From contig VAWV01000061.1 of assembly GCA_005883295.1 (NCBI GenBank), positions 1-28,342 on the forward strand: a stretch of DNA of 28,342 nt, given 5' to 3'. Position numbers and translations under genes: made by a program. The stretch comes from Actinomycetota bacterium. GTDB lineage: Bacteria; Actinomycetota; Thermoleophilia; Solirubrobacterales; Thermoleophilaceae. The stretch's first letter is position 1; each line of letters begins with the position of its first letter. The notes under the pieces were generated by a model, which was not told the origin of the DNA, did no database searches, and saw only the letters and a list, made by a program, of their open reading frames with translations. Shown piece by piece: positions 1 to 9,491 of the stretch.

Positions 1-131
1 CGGCGCTCCACCAGCGCGGCGGCGGTCGCGGCGTCGTTGCGGACCACGTCCAGCTCCGCGCCCAGCTCCCCGAGGTACTGGACAAGGTTGTACGTGAACG
101 AGTCGTAGTTGTCGACGATCAGCACCCTCAT
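1..131 (-). CDS. trpG: Anthranilate synthase component II / glutamine amidotransferase (5' part; runs off window start)
   Basis: Manual translation from ATG at 131: [33 protein letters not shown], the classic TrpG/PabA N-terminus. ATGA overlap with the trpE stop. Confidence 0.93.
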   Translation of the reverse strand, partial: MRVLIVDNYDSFTYNLVQYLGELGAELDVVRNDAATAAALVER

Positions 132-1624
132 GGCCAATCGGGCTGGTGGCACGCCAGCGCCACCGCCTCCCACACCGCGCCGGCCTTGTGCTCGGTCTCG
201 CGGACCTCGTAGTCGTGGTCGGAGTCGGCCACGATGCCGCCGCCCGCCTGCGCGTGCACCCGCCCGTCCTTGACCAGCGCCGAGCGGATGTAGATGCAGG
301 TGTCGAGGTCGCCCGTGAACGACAGGTAGCCGACGGCGCCGCCGTACGGTCCGCGGCTGGTGGGCTCGAGGGTGTCGATGATCTGCATCGCGCGGATCTT
401 CGGCGCGCCCGACAGCGTGCCGGCGGGCAGCGAGGCGCGCAGCGCGTCGATGGGGGTCACGCCGTCCGCAAGGCGGCCCGAGACCGACGACACGATGTGC
501 ATGACGTGCGAGTAGGTCTCGACCACCATGTGCTCGCCGACCTCCACGCTCCCGTACTCGCAGACGCGGCCGAGGTCGTTCCGCCCGAGGTCCACCAGCA
601 TCTCGTGCTCGGCGCGCTCCTTCTCGTCGGCCAGTAGCTCTCGGGCGCGCTCCAGGTCCTCCTCGGTGGTCTGGGCACGCGGGCGGGTGCCCGCGATCGG
701 GCGCTGCTGGGCCAGCCGGCCGCTGACCTTCACGAGCGACTCGGGCGACGCGCCAGCGATCTGGAAGTCCTCGAAGTCGAGGAAGTACATGTAGGGGCTC
801 GGGTTGATCGTGCGGAGCCCGCGGTAGATCGAGAACGCGTCGACCGGGCAGTCGGCGCTCCAGCGCTGGCTGGGCACGATCTGGTAGGCGTCGCCGGCGC
901 GGATGTGCTCCTTGGCGACCTCCACCGCGGCGGCGTACCCCTCGGACCCGATGTTCGAGGTCCAGCGAGGGGGCTCGCGGCGGCCGGCGTCGGAGCGCGG
1001 CACCGGCGCGCGCAGGCGCTCGCGCACGTCAACGATCGCCTCGACCGCGCTCGCGTAGGAGCGCTCCAACTCGTCCTCGTCGGCGAAGACGTACGCCAGG
1101 ACCGTGACCCTATGCGTGAAGTGGTCGAACGCGAGCAGCACGTGCGAGACCATCACCGCGAGCTCGGGCACGCCGAGCTCGTCGGCACCCCGGGGCCCCA
1201 CGCTCGGCTCGAACGTGCGCACCAGGTCGTAGCCGAACATCCCAACGGCGCCGCCCGCGAACGGCGGCAGCCCGTCAAGCTGCGCCAGGCGGTAGCGATC
1301 GAGCTCGCCAGCCACGGCCGCGTAGGGATCCTCGTAGTCGCGGGGCTCGCCGTCCACGGTCAGGCGGCCCTGGTCGAGCCGCATGACCGCCCGCTGCTGC
1401 ACCCCGAGGAACGACCAGCGGCCAAAGCGCTGACCCTGCTCGGCCGACTCGAGGAGGAACGAGGGGCCCTCGCCGCGCAGCTTGAGGTACGCCGAGACGG
1501 GCGTCTCGCAGTCGTCGATGAAGCTGTGGCGGAGCGGGATCAGCGTGTGCTCGCGGGCGAGCTCGCGGACCTCGTCCAGGCTCGGTGCGATCTCGAGCTC
1601 GGCCGGATCAGCGGCGACGGCCAT
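128..1624 (-). CDS. trpE: Anthranilate synthase component I
   Basis: C-terminal part of ORF 128..1978 from [11 protein letters not shown]. Motifs [81 protein letters not shown]. PabB not fully excluded. Confidence 0.9.
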   Translation of the reverse strand: MAVAADPAELEIAPSLDEVRELAREHTLIPLRHSFIDDCETPVSAYLKLRGEGPSFLLESAEQGQRFGRWSFLGVQQRAVMRLDQGRLTVDGEPRDYEDPYAAVAGELDRYRLAQLDGLPPFAGGAVGMFGYDLVRTFEPSVGPRGADELGVPELAVMVSHVLLAFDHFTHRVTVLAYVFADEDELERSYASAVEAIVDVRERLRAPVPRSDAGRREPPRWTSNIGSEGYAAAVEVAKEHIRAGDAYQIVPSQRWSADCPVDAFSIYRGLRTINPSPYMYFLDFEDFQIAGASPESLVKVSGRLAQQRPIAGTRPRAQTTEEDLERARELLADEKERAEHEMLVDLGRNDLGRVCEYGSVEVGEHMVVETYSHVMHIVSSVSGRLADGVTPIDALRASLPAGTLSGAPKIRAMQIIDTLEPTSRGPYGGAVGYLSFTGDLDTCIYIRSALVKDGRVHAQAGGGIVADSDHDYEVRETEHKAGAVWEAVALACHQPDWP

Positions 1625-2207
1625 TGAGCTCCTCGAAGGCGTCCGCCAGCGACAGCCCCCGCGATGCGAGCAGGACCGTGAGGTGGTAGAGCACGTCGGC
1701 CGCCTCCTCCTCCACCCGCTGGTCGGACTCGCCGGCCGCGGCGCGGGCGGCCTCGTCGGCCTCCTCGCGGACCTTGTCGCCGATCCGCGCGGGATCGGCC
1801 AGGAGCTCCGCCGTGTAGCTCCCCTCCGGGCGCTCCGCGCGCCGCGCTGCAACCGTGCGCTCGAGCACCGGGAGCGCCTCGTGCGGGGCAGGGGGCTCGA
1901 GCCGCCCGTTGTGGAAGCAGGTGCGCTCGCCGGTGTGACAGGCGGGGCCGGCCGGCTCGACGAGGGCCAGCACCGCATCGAGGTCGCAGTCGAACCGGAG
2001 CTCCCGGACGCGCTGGACGTTTCCCGAGGTCGCGCCCTTGTGCCAGAGCTCGCCGCGCGAGCGGCTCCAGAAGTGAGTCTCGCCGGTGGCGCGCGTTCGC
2101 TCGAGCGCCACCTCGTTCATGTATGCGAGCGTGAGCACCTCACCGGTCCGCCAGTCCTGCACGATGCACGGGACAAGTCCACGCTCGTCGAAGGAGATCT
2201 CCTGCAT
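1608..2207 (-). CDS. hisIE: Bifunctional phosphoribosyl-AMP cyclohydrolase / phosphoribosyl-ATP pyrophosphatase
   Basis: Last 199 aa of ORF 1608..4133 from [18 protein letters not shown]. HisI motifs [33 protein letters not shown]; HisE motifs [21 protein letters not shown]. Confidence 0.93.
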   Translation of the reverse strand: MQEISFDERGLVPCIVQDWRTGEVLTLAYMNEVALERTRATGETHFWSRSRGELWHKGATSGNVQRVRELRFDCDLDAVLALVEPAGPACHTGERTCFHNGRLEPPAPHEALPVLERTVAARRAERPEGSYTAELLADPARIGDKVREEADEAARAAAGESDQRVEEEAADVLYHLTVLLASRGLSLADAFEELNGRRR

Positions 2208-2215
2208 CCGAATCG

Positions 2216-2221
2216 ATTCTA
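2216..2221 (-). promoter_or_regulatory. Putative -10 element (TAGAAT) of near-leaderless hisIE transcript
   Basis: TAGAAT 8 nt upstream of the hisIE ATG; no Shine-Dalgarno between them. Confidence 0.55.
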
Positions 2222-2242
2222 AGGAGGGCCCCTCCGGCCGAT

Positions 2243-2248
2243 TAGTCT
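2243..2248 (+). promoter_or_regulatory. Putative -10 element (TAGTCT) of leaderless amidase transcript
   Basis: TAnnnT hexamer 7 nt upstream of ATG 2256. Confidence 0.5.
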
Positions 2249-2255
2249 TCGCGCG

Positions 2256-3662
2256 ATGGACGCCACCGAGCTCGCGTTCACCGGGCTCGCCCGCCAGGCC
2301 GAGATGGTGCGGGCGCGGGAGGTGTCCCCACTCGAGCTCGTGGAGCTGTACCTGGAGCGGATCGAGCGCATCGATCCCAAGCTGGACGCGTTCCGCGTGG
2401 TCCTCGGCGAGCGAGCGCTGGCCGAGGCGAGGCAGGCCGAGGGCCGGGTCGGCGCCGGCGAGGACCGGCCGCTGCTCGGCGTGCCGGTGGCGGTCAAGGA
2501 CAACCTCGACCTCGCCGGCGAGTTCACGGGCGACGGCTCGGCGGCGCATCGCGGGCCGGTGGACAGGGACTCGGAGCAGGTCCGGCGCCTGCGTGAGGCG
2601 GGCGCGATCATCATCGGCAAGACCAACCTGCCCGAGCTCGCCATCTTCCCGTGGACCGAGTCCGAGGCGTTCGGCAAGACCCGGAACCCGTGGAACACGG
2701 ATCGCTCCGCAGGCGGATCGAGCGGCGGGTCCGCGGCGGCGGTGGCGGCGGGCCTGGCAGCCGCAGGCTCGGCCAGCGATGGCGGCGGCTCGATCAGGAT
2801 CCCGGCGGCCTGCTGCGGCCTCGTCGGGCTGAAGACGCAGCGGGGCCGGGTGAGCCTGATGCCGTTCCCCGAGCACTGGCACGGGCTGAGCGTGGCGGGT
2901 TCCGTCACCCGAACCGTGCTCGACGCCGCGGTGTGGCTCGACGCGGTCTCGGGGCCGGCCTCCGGCGACGTCGACCGCGCCGAGCCTCCCGCGCGCCCGT
3001 TCGCCGAGTCCGCGCGCACCCCACCCGGGCGGCTGCGGGTCATGGTGTCTGCCAAGTCCCCGATCCCGCTGGTGAAGGTCTACGGGCCAGCCAAGGAAGC
3101 CGTCCGCGAGACGGCGGAGGTGCTGCGCTCGCTGGGGCACGAGGTGATCGGCCGCAACCCGAAGTACACGGACGTGCGCTCCTCCTTCCTGCCGCGCTGG
3201 CTGCGGGGGATCGCGGACGACGCGAACGGGATGCCCGACCCCGAGCGGCTCGAGAAGCGCACCCGCTCGCTGGCAGGGGTGGGACGGCGCATCGGCGACC
3301 GCGGGCTTCGCCGGGCGCGCGAGCGCGAGGCGAGGATGACCGCGAAGATCGCTGCGATCTTCGATCAGTGCGACGTGCTCGTGACACCGACCATCCCGCA
3401 TCCGCCCCGGGAGGTCGGCCGCTACGACGGGCGCGGCTGGCTGTGGGCGACGATGGGCGCGGCGAACACGACCCCCTTCACCATCCCCTGGAACGTCACC
3501 GGGCAGCCGGCGATCTCGGTGCCGGCGCCCTCGCTGCATGACGGCCTGCCGATGGGCGTGACGCTCGTCGGCCGCCCGCACGACGAGTCCACGCTGATCT
3601 CGCTCGCAGCGCAGCTCGAGGCCGAGGTCGGCTGGCCGGACCGCCGGCCACCGGTTGACTAG
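2256..3662 (+). CDS. Amidase signature family enzyme (Ser-cisSer-Lys)
   Basis: VAVKDN (Lys), [45 protein letters not shown]. No gatB/gatC adjacent, so not called gatA. Confidence 0.9.
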   Translation: MDATELAFTGLARQAEMVRAREVSPLELVELYLERIERIDPKLDAFRVVLGERALAEARQAEGRVGAGEDRPLLGVPVAVKDNLDLAGEFTGDGSAAHRGPVDRDSEQVRRLREAGAIIIGKTNLPELAIFPWTESEAFGKTRNPWNTDRSAGGSSGGSAAAVAAGLAAAGSASDGGGSIRIPAACCGLVGLKTQRGRVSLMPFPEHWHGLSVAGSVTRTVLDAAVWLDAVSGPASGDVDRAEPPARPFAESARTPPGRLRVMVSAKSPIPLVKVYGPAKEAVRETAEVLRSLGHEVIGRNPKYTDVRSSFLPRWLRGIADDANGMPDPERLEKRTRSLAGVGRRIGDRGLRRAREREARMTAKIAAIFDQCDVLVTPTIPHPPREVGRYDGRGWLWATMGAANTTPFTIPWNVTGQPAISVPAPSLHDGLPMGVTLVGRPHDESTLISLAAQLEAEVGWPDRRPPVD

Positions 3663-5134
3663 GTAGGTCCGGCCGTGGGCGTCGCCGGACGTGAGCGGCT
3701 CGCCCGCTGAAGCCCGGCGAGCCCGCCGATCATTGCCGAGGTCACGAGCAGGACGGTGGTGTAGCCCTGCACGTTGTCGGCGTAGCTGACTATCGCCAGC
3801 GCGATCATCACGGCCACCATGGCCCTCGCGTACGCGCGGAGCGGGGGGGCGCGCCTCGCCCGCCAGGCGGCGGAGATCAGCCCTCCGAGCGTGAGCACCC
3901 ACAGCGAGAGCCCGATGATGCCGGTCTCCACGAACATCTTCACGTAGTCGTTGTGGGGCGCGATCCCCCTTGGGGCGAAGGGATGGCCTGGGTCGGCGAC
4001 CTGGTAGTGCCGGTCGAAGTAGCCGAACTCCTTGATGCTCAGCCGCTGGTAGCTCCCGAAACCCTGCCCGAGGAAGGGCCGCTCCCACCCCCAGTGCTCC
4101 ATCCGCGACCACTGCCCGGTACGCCACTTCCATGAGTTCGACGCGTGCGATTCCGAGCTGGTCGACAGGTCACCGAACCGGTCCTGGACCTTGCGCGCGG
4201 CGGCCGGGAACGCGAACGCCGCCAGCGCCAGCGCAATCGCCCCTCCCACGAGCAGGATGCGGTAGCGGAGAAGCCCGAGCACGAGGACGACGATCGCCGC
4301 TCCGATCCACGCCGAGCGGGTGTACGTGAGGAACAGGCACACCGACGCGGCCGCCAGCAGCCCGAGCAGCGCCAGTCGCACAGCGAGCCTGCGGGCCTCT
4401 ATGAACGCGGCAAGCGTGATCCCAATCACCACAAGGAGGTAGAAGGCCAGGAAATTCGGGTGATGGAACGGGCCGCGCACCGCCGCGAACGAGCTGCTCT
4501 GGTTGGTCCGCACGGTCAGATCACCGGCCGCGTACTGCTTGAACGCGTAGGCGATCGGATACAGCGACCCCACCAGCAGCGCGCCGACGAACCACGACAG
4601 CCGCCTTCTCGTCGTAACGGCCCAGGCGGCGAGGCAGAAGGTGGCGAGGACGGATGCGACGCCGATCCAGGCGGACAGCTCGGTCGACACGGCGTCCGAG
4701 TAGCGGATGTGCAGGGCCGGCAGGGTGACGACCGGCGGCACGTTCCCCTCGTCCGGACTGGGATGCACAGGCACGCCCGGGAGCGTTAACACGAGCAGCA
4801 CGAGCAGGGGGAGCATCACCCGGCGCGGGATCCCGGCGGGCGCGCGCACCAGGACGGCCAGGCCGACTCCGGCGGCCGTGAGCGAGGTCCAGAACAGGTG
4901 CCACGGCGAGATCACGTTGACCGTGACCACGGCGAGCAATGCCGGATAGGGCCGGATCGCGATCAGGACCGCCGCGGCCACCACCAGCCCGAGGTCTAGC
5001 GGGATGAGCGGGTGGGCGCCGAGCAGTACTCCCGTGCCCACCGAGAGCGCCACGCCGACCAGGGCCCACGGAGCGGCGGCGAGGATCCGGGGAGGGAGTC
5101 CGGCACGAGGCGGTGCGAACGCGGGCTGGCCCAC
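3659..5134 (-). CDS. O-antigen ligase / Wzy-like polysaccharide polymerase
   Basis: Multi-TM protein with [18 protein letters not shown]-x2-QW, GQGFG and [16 protein letters not shown] (Wzy_C/WaaL-type motifs). GGAGG RBS before GTG; directly downstream of wzc. Confidence 0.82.
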   Translation of the reverse strand: MGQPAFAPPRAGLPPRILAAAPWALVGVALSVGTGVLLGAHPLIPLDLGLVVAAAVLIAIRPYPALLAVVTVNVISPWHLFWTSLTAAGVGLAVLVRAPAGIPRRVMLPLLVLLVLTLPGVPVHPSPDEGNVPPVVTLPALHIRYSDAVSTELSAWIGVASVLATFCLAAWAVTTRRRLSWFVGALLVGSLYPIAYAFKQYAAGDLTVRTNQSSSFAAVRGPFHHPNFLAFYLLVVIGITLAAFIEARRLAVRLALLGLLAAASVCLFLTYTRSAWIGAAIVVLVLGLLRYRILLVGGAIALALAAFAFPAAARKVQDRFGDLSTSSESHASNSWKWRTGQWSRMEHWGWERPFLGQGFGSYQRLSIKEFGYFDRHYQVADPGHPFAPRGIAPHNDYVKMFVETGIIGLSLWVLTLGGLISAAWRARRAPPLRAYARAMVAVMIALAIVSYADNVQGYTTVLLVTSAMIGGLAGLQRASRSRPATPTAGPT

Positions 5135-5148
5135 CTGCCCCCTCCCGA

Positions 5149-6642
5149 TCAGTAGTAGTAGTAGCCCGCCGACATGGTGTCGGCGCCCAGCACCACGACG
5201 CCCACCGGCTGGATGCCGGTGCTCGCGAGCTGGTACTTGAAGCGCTCGATCTCGTCGCGGCGCGAGTGGTCGAGCCGCACCACGACGATGACGCCGTCCA
5301 CGCGCTGGGCCACCGGCAGCATGTCGCTGAACACGCCCATCGGCGGGCCGTCGACGATGACCGTGTCGCTGCGCGCGCGCGCCTCGCCGAGCAGGGTCTC
5401 GAGCCGGCGGCCGTTCAGCAGCACCTGCGGGCTCGGGGGCAAAGGCCCGGACGGGACCAGCGCGAGGTCGCCTGCGATTGCCACGGCCGGCCCCTTGCCG
5501 TTACGCGAGGGGACCGCGATGACCCGGCGCAGGCTGCGCTCGAGGGTGGCCTCTCCCACCAGGATCCGCGACACCCCGGTGTCGGAGTCGGTCTCGACCT
5601 TCAGCCGCTCGGAGAGCGCCGGCCTGCGAAGGTCCGCCTCGACGACCACCGGCGAGCGCCCATGCGCACCGAGCGCGAGCGCGAGGTTCGCGGCCACGGT
5701 GGACTTCCCCTCGCCGGGCGACGCGCTCGTCACCAGCAGCGATCGCAGGCGTTCGTTGGGGCTGAGCAGCCCGACGTTCGCCTCGAGGTTGTGGAAGCTC
5801 TCCAGGGTGCGCGCCATCGCCTTGGCGCCCCGCCTCGGCGTGGGGATCGTGCCGATCACGGGCACGCCGGGGAACAGCTCGCGGACCTGCTCCTCGCTCT
5901 TCACGTGCCGGTCGAGCCGGTCGCGCAGGAAGGCCAGCAGGATCCCGAGTAGCAGGCCGATGATCGCACCCGCGATGAGCGTCCGGACTAGGCGCGGCTT
6001 GAACGGAGCGCCGGGGATGCCGGCCGTCTGGACCACCTGGGCGTCGCCTGTCTGGACCTGCGACACGAGCGTGAGCTGGCGCGCCTGATCGGTGAGCCGG
6101 GTGCGCTGGGCCTTCGGGGCGTGGCTGTGCAGCGCCGTCTTGAGACGGGCCTTCACCACCGCGAGCACGGTGGCGTAGCGGCGTTTGTTAGCCGCGGCGC
6201 GGAACTTGATGAACGTCGAGGCGTACGCGTTCGCGTAGCGCGCCGTGAGCTTCGGGTTGCGGTCCTCGACGGTCATCGCGATCACGTTGGCGTCGCCCTC
6301 TCCGCTTGCCTGGACGTTGTCCGGTGCGCGCCGGAGGTGGAGGCTCTTGGCGGCCGCCAACCGAACGGCGGGAAGGTTGGCGAGTTGCGTGTCGGTCGCC
6401 GCCTGCCGGAGCGGGTCGGTACCGAACTCGCCGGGGTTGAACAGCTCCGTCGCGAGGTTGTTCTGCTGGACAAGGACCTTGGCCGTGGCCCGGTACTCCT
6501 TGTGCTGATCGTGCGCGTAGAGATACGCGCCGCCGGTCGTGGCCAGGACGCACAGCAGGACGAGCCACTTCTGCTCGCGAACCACCCGCAACTGGTCCCG
6601 AATCTGAGTAGCGAAGTCGCTTCGCGAGTTCTCAGTGGACAT
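5149..6642 (-). CDS. Polysaccharide co-polymerase / BY-kinase fusion (Wzz-Wzc/CpsCD type)
   Basis: Two TM helices flanking an extracellular domain. Walker A SPGEGKST, A' VEADLRRP, B IVDGPP, C-terminal tyrosine cluster GYYYY. GAGGG RBS. Confidence 0.9.
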   Translation of the reverse strand: MSTENSRSDFATQIRDQLRVVREQKWLVLLCVLATTGGAYLYAHDQHKEYRATAKVLVQQNNLATELFNPGEFGTDPLRQAATDTQLANLPAVRLAAAKSLHLRRAPDNVQASGEGDANVIAMTVEDRNPKLTARYANAYASTFIKFRAAANKRRYATVLAVVKARLKTALHSHAPKAQRTRLTDQARQLTLVSQVQTGDAQVVQTAGIPGAPFKPRLVRTLIAGAIIGLLLGILLAFLRDRLDRHVKSEEQVRELFPGVPVIGTIPTPRRGAKAMARTLESFHNLEANVGLLSPNERLRSLLVTSASPGEGKSTVAANLALALGAHGRSPVVVEADLRRPALSERLKVETDSDTGVSRILVGEATLERSLRRVIAVPSRNGKGPAVAIAGDLALVPSGPLPPSPQVLLNGRRLETLLGEARARSDTVIVDGPPMGVFSDMLPVAQRVDGVIVVVRLDHSRRDEIERFKYQLASTGIQPVGVVVLGADTMSAGYYYY

Positions 6643-6711
6643 CTTGTCGTTTTCCCTCGTCCGGCCCGCGCGCGGGCTTGATCAATTCCCTCGTTCGGCC
6701 CGTCCGCGATC

Positions 6712-6717
6712 AGGATA
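6712..6717 (-). promoter_or_regulatory. Putative -10 element (TATCCT) for the wzc-wzy transcript
   Basis: TAnnnT hexamer about 70 nt upstream of the wzc ATG; the same hexamer recurs at 17823 and 25009. Confidence 0.35.
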
Positions 6718-6948
6718 CCCAGGCTTGAGGTGCGGAACCGCCGCTTCCTGCGCGCCGGCTAGCGCCCGGCGGCGGTGCGAGAGCAGGCGCAGGAGGGGCC
6801 CGGATGCGGGCTCGGGAGGAGGCGCACCGCCCGGCGCAGCGCTCCGCCGCGGTCCCGCGCGTTCAGACACGTCCGCTCGGTTGCGGCCGGGAACGACAAC
6901 CGACACGGGCAGGACATCTGGCAGGTCCAGTCGGCTCATAATGCTCCA

Positions 6949-7704
6949 GTGGTGAGTTCGCTACGCACGGTGGCCCGCGGCGTGCGCGACGTGTATCGCT
7001 CTCTGCGCTTCAGAGCTTGGGCCGCGCGGCTGAGGATCGACCTCAAGCGGAACGGCTGCCGGCTCGTCCTGGACGCGCCGTACGGGGCGCTGCTCGAGGA
7101 CGGGCCGGCAATCCGCGCGCGCATGGCCGGAGAGGGCGACGGCACGTTCACGCTCCGGATCGGCCGGAACGTGACGGTGGGAAAGGGCGTCCGCCTCGTG
7201 ATCTGGGCACTCGGGACAAACGTCCTCGAGATCGGGGACGACACCCTCGTCGACGATCAGGTGCATCTGCACCTGCGCGGCGGGGAGATCCGCATCGGGC
7301 GCGCCGCCGTCATCCGCGAGTTCGCCGTCCTCCGCTCCGAGGGCCTTCTCACGATCGGCGAGAAGGGCAACGTGAGCCACGGGAGCGTCATCCACTGCAG
7401 GGAGCGCGTCGCTCTCGAGGACCTGTCCAACATCACCGAGCACGTCACGGTGGTCGACTCGGACCACAGCCACGACGGCAGCGGCGACTACGTGCTCGAC
7501 CAGCCGCTGCGGGTGTCACCCGTGTCCATTGGTCCCAACACCTTCGTCGGGGCGGGATCCGTGGTTCTGCGAGGCGCCCGGGTCGGCCCGAACGCGATGG
7601 TCGCCGCTGGATCGGTCGTCCCCGAGGGCGACTACCCATCCGGCTGGCTGATCGGCGGATCGCCAGCCAAAGCCATCCGACCGCTCACGAAGCGCGACGA
7701 CTGA
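6949..7704 (+). CDS. Hexapeptide-repeat (LbH) acyltransferase, CysE/LacA/LpxA/NodL superfamily
   Basis: Repeats such as IGRNVTVG, IGDDTLVD, IGRAAVIR, IGPNTFVG; DSDH His; C-terminal GGSPAK. Start moved to GTG 6949, 6 nt after a CATAAT hexamer. Confidence 0.85.
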   Translation: MVSSLRTVARGVRDVYRSLRFRAWAARLRIDLKRNGCRLVLDAPYGALLEDGPAIRARMAGEGDGTFTLRIGRNVTVGKGVRLVIWALGTNVLEIGDDTLVDDQVHLHLRGGEIRIGRAAVIREFAVLRSEGLLTIGEKGNVSHGSVIHCRERVALEDLSNITEHVTVVDSDHSHDGSGDYVLDQPLRVSPVSIGPNTFVGAGSVVLRGARVGPNAMVAAGSVVPEGDYPSGWLIGGSPAKAIRPLTKRDD

Positions 7705-7721
7705 CCCCGTACGCTTCGGCG

Positions 7722-9374
7722 GTGCTCGCCGCCAGCCTTGATCGACTCCAGGCGGAGGTGCCCGACGACGCGCTCGTGCTCGACGTGGGCGGCTGGGTGA
7801 AACCGCTCACCCGCGCCGACTGGGTGATCGACATCATGCCCTACGAGACCAGGGGCATGCAGGGCCACGAGGGCGCCGGCACGGAGCGCTTCTCATCGGA
7901 GACCTGGGTCCAGCGCGACATCTGCGACCGCGACCGCTGGCCCTTCGCGGATGGGCAGTTCGACTTCGCCGTCTGCTCCCACACCCTCGAGGACGTTCGC
8001 GATCCCGTCTGGGTCTGCACCGAGCTCACGCGGGTGGCCCGAGCCGGCTACATCGAGGTCCCCTCCCGCCTCGACGAGCAGACCTACTACCGGCAGGGCC
8101 CGTGGGTCGGCTGGGGGCATCACCACTGGCTGGTCGACGTGCACGACCGCGGGATCGACTTCGTCTTCAAGCATCACGTCATCCACGGTCCCGAGGAGAA
8201 CCGCTTCCCGCCCGACTTCCTCGCTGGGCTGAGCGCCGAGGACCTGGTCCAGACCCTGTGGTGGGAGGGCGGGTTCGAATTCCGCGAGCGCGTCCTGCTG
8301 AGAGCCGAGGAGGTCGATTCCTACCTCGCCGACTTCGTGCGCGAGCACGGCGAGGCCGCTGCGCGCCGGCCCCGGTCACGCGCGCGCGACGAGAAGCTCG
8401 CGGTAGAGCCGCAGGTGCTCCGCAGCGGAGCGCTCGGTGGAGAAGTCCCCGGCGCGCGCGCGACAGGCGGCCGCGGTGCCCGGGTCCTCCGACAGCTCCA
8501 GCGTCTCCAGGAGCGCGCCCGCCAACTCTGCTTCGCCGCCCTCGAACAGCCGCCCCACGTCGGGTCGGTCAACGATCTCTGGCAGGGCCCCGTCGCGAGT
8601 GGCTACCACCGGCGTGCCGCACGCGAGCGACTCCACCAGCACGATCCCGAAGGCCTCGTTGTAGGAGGGGAGGACGGACACCCAGGCCCGGCGGAAGACC
8701 GGCGCCACGGCATCCGGGCCGGGCTCGAAGAGCTCCACGCCGTCGGTCTCCTCCAGGCGCGACGCGGTTCGCGGATCGCCGGGACGCGGCAGGAGCAGCC
8801 GCACACCGGGTCGGTCGCGGCGCACCAGCGGCAGGGCGCGCAGGAGAAGGTCCACGCGCTTGCGACTGTCCTCTGGCGCCGCCGCGTACGCGATCGCCGG
8901 CTCGGGCGCGCGCTCTCCGCGGGGGCGGAACTCGTCGAGCCGAACGCCGGCGTTGATCACGTGCGGGTCGATGCCGAACCACCGCCGCATGCCGTCGGCC
9001 GCAGCCCTGCTGTAGACGACGACCGCGTCGGCGCCGTCCAGCGCCTGGCGCAGGATGCGCAGCCGCAGGCGCCGCGCCGCGAGCACCGGACGGGTCGGGA
9101 GACCGCCGTAGTGGAAGACCGCCGGGCGGCCGGTCCGGCGCGCCCAGCCGACGGCCGCGAGCATGTCCGTGAGGTAGAACGCCTGCGCCAGGTCGTCGTC
9201 GCCCGTGAGCAGCGACGCGTAGCTGAAGGGCACGTGGGTCATGTGCTCCTGGAACCCGCGCCGCAGGAGCCACGCCTCGGGCGGCCGCCAGTGGCGGACC
9301 ACCAGGAAGCCGTCCTCCTCGCCGCTCGACGGCGCTCCAGGGTGGCTCGTGATCACGCGCGGCTTGTGACCTGA
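7722..9374 (+). CDS. Class I SAM-dependent methyltransferase-like protein (core about 7722-8380; frame runs on antisense through the GT4 gene)
   Basis: GTG 7722 after TACGCT. LDVGGW (degenerate motif I), WPFADGQFDFAVCSHTLEDVRDP (Methyltransf_11-like). Plausible protein ends near 8380, but the first in-frame stop is at 9372-9374. Confidence 0.65.
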   Translation: MLAASLDRLQAEVPDDALVLDVGGWVKPLTRADWVIDIMPYETRGMQGHEGAGTERFSSETWVQRDICDRDRWPFADGQFDFAVCSHTLEDVRDPVWVCTELTRVARAGYIEVPSRLDEQTYYRQGPWVGWGHHHWLVDVHDRGIDFVFKHHVIHGPEENRFPPDFLAGLSAEDLVQTLWWEGGFEFRERVLLRAEEVDSYLADFVREHGEAAARRPRSRARDEKLAVEPQVLRSGALGGEVPGARATGGRGARVLRQLQRLQERARQLCFAALEQPPHVGSVNDLWQGPVASGYHRRAARERLHQHDPEGLVVGGEDGHPGPAEDRRHGIRAGLEELHAVGLLQARRGSRIAGTRQEQPHTGSVAAHQRQGAQEKVHALATVLWRRRVRDRRLGRALSAGAELVEPNAGVDHVRVDAEPPPHAVGRSPAVDDDRVGAVQRLAQDAQPQAPRREHRTGRETAVVEDRRAAGPARPADGREHVREVERLRQVVVAREQRRVAEGHVGHVLLEPAPQEPRLGRPPVADHQEAVLLAARRRSRVARDHARLVT

Positions 9375-9491
9375 GCCCGCGAGCGCGGCGGCCAGGTCCC
9401 GGACGGTGCGCTCGGTCCCTCGCTGGACCTCCGGGTAGTAGCGCGGCGTGAGCAGCGCCACCCGCAATGTGGCCGGGTCGCGCCCGCTCAC
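8376..9491 (-). CDS. Glycosyltransferase family 4 (GT-B)
   Basis: RVALLTPRYYPEVQRGTER N-terminus, RKRVDLL, LPSYNEAFGIVLVESLACGTPVV (E-x7-E). GTG 9491 overlaps the upstream GT2 stop (GTGA). Confidence 0.9.
   Translation of the reverse strand: MSGRDPATLRVALLTPRYYPEVQRGTERTVRDLAAALAGSGHKPRVITSHPGAPSSGEEDGFLVVRHWRPPEAWLLRRGFQEHMTHVPFSYASLLTGDDDLAQAFYLTDMLAAVGWARRTGRPAVFHYGGLPTRPVLAARRLRLRILRQALDGADAVVVYSRAAADGMRRWFGIDPHVINAGVRLDEFRPRGERAPEPAIAYAAAPEDSRKRVDLLLRALPLVRRDRPGVRLLLPRPGDPRTASRLEETDGVELFEPGPDAVAPVFRRAWVSVLPSYNEAFGIVLVESLACGTPVVATRDGALPEIVDRPDVGRLFEGGEAELAGALLETLELSEDPGTAAACRARAGDFSTERSAAEHLRLYRELLVARA

Noticed and set aside
2256-3662. gatA (Glu-tRNA amidotransferase)
   Set aside because: No gatC/gatB neighbours and lacks GatA-specific segments; generic amidase.
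2208-4133. Upstream 640 codons of the 841-aa ORF 1608..4133 (-)
   Set aside because: Antisense shadow of the amidase and out-of-frame overlap with wzy; only the last 199 aa (HisIE) are protein-like.
5149-5163. (TAC)4 microsatellite at the wzc 3' end
   Set aside because: Encodes the normal BY-kinase autophosphorylation tyrosine cluster; not a phase-variable tract.
6682-6939. 85-aa minus-strand ORF in the wzc/LbH gap
   Set aside because: Low complexity, no motif or RBS; likely spurious.
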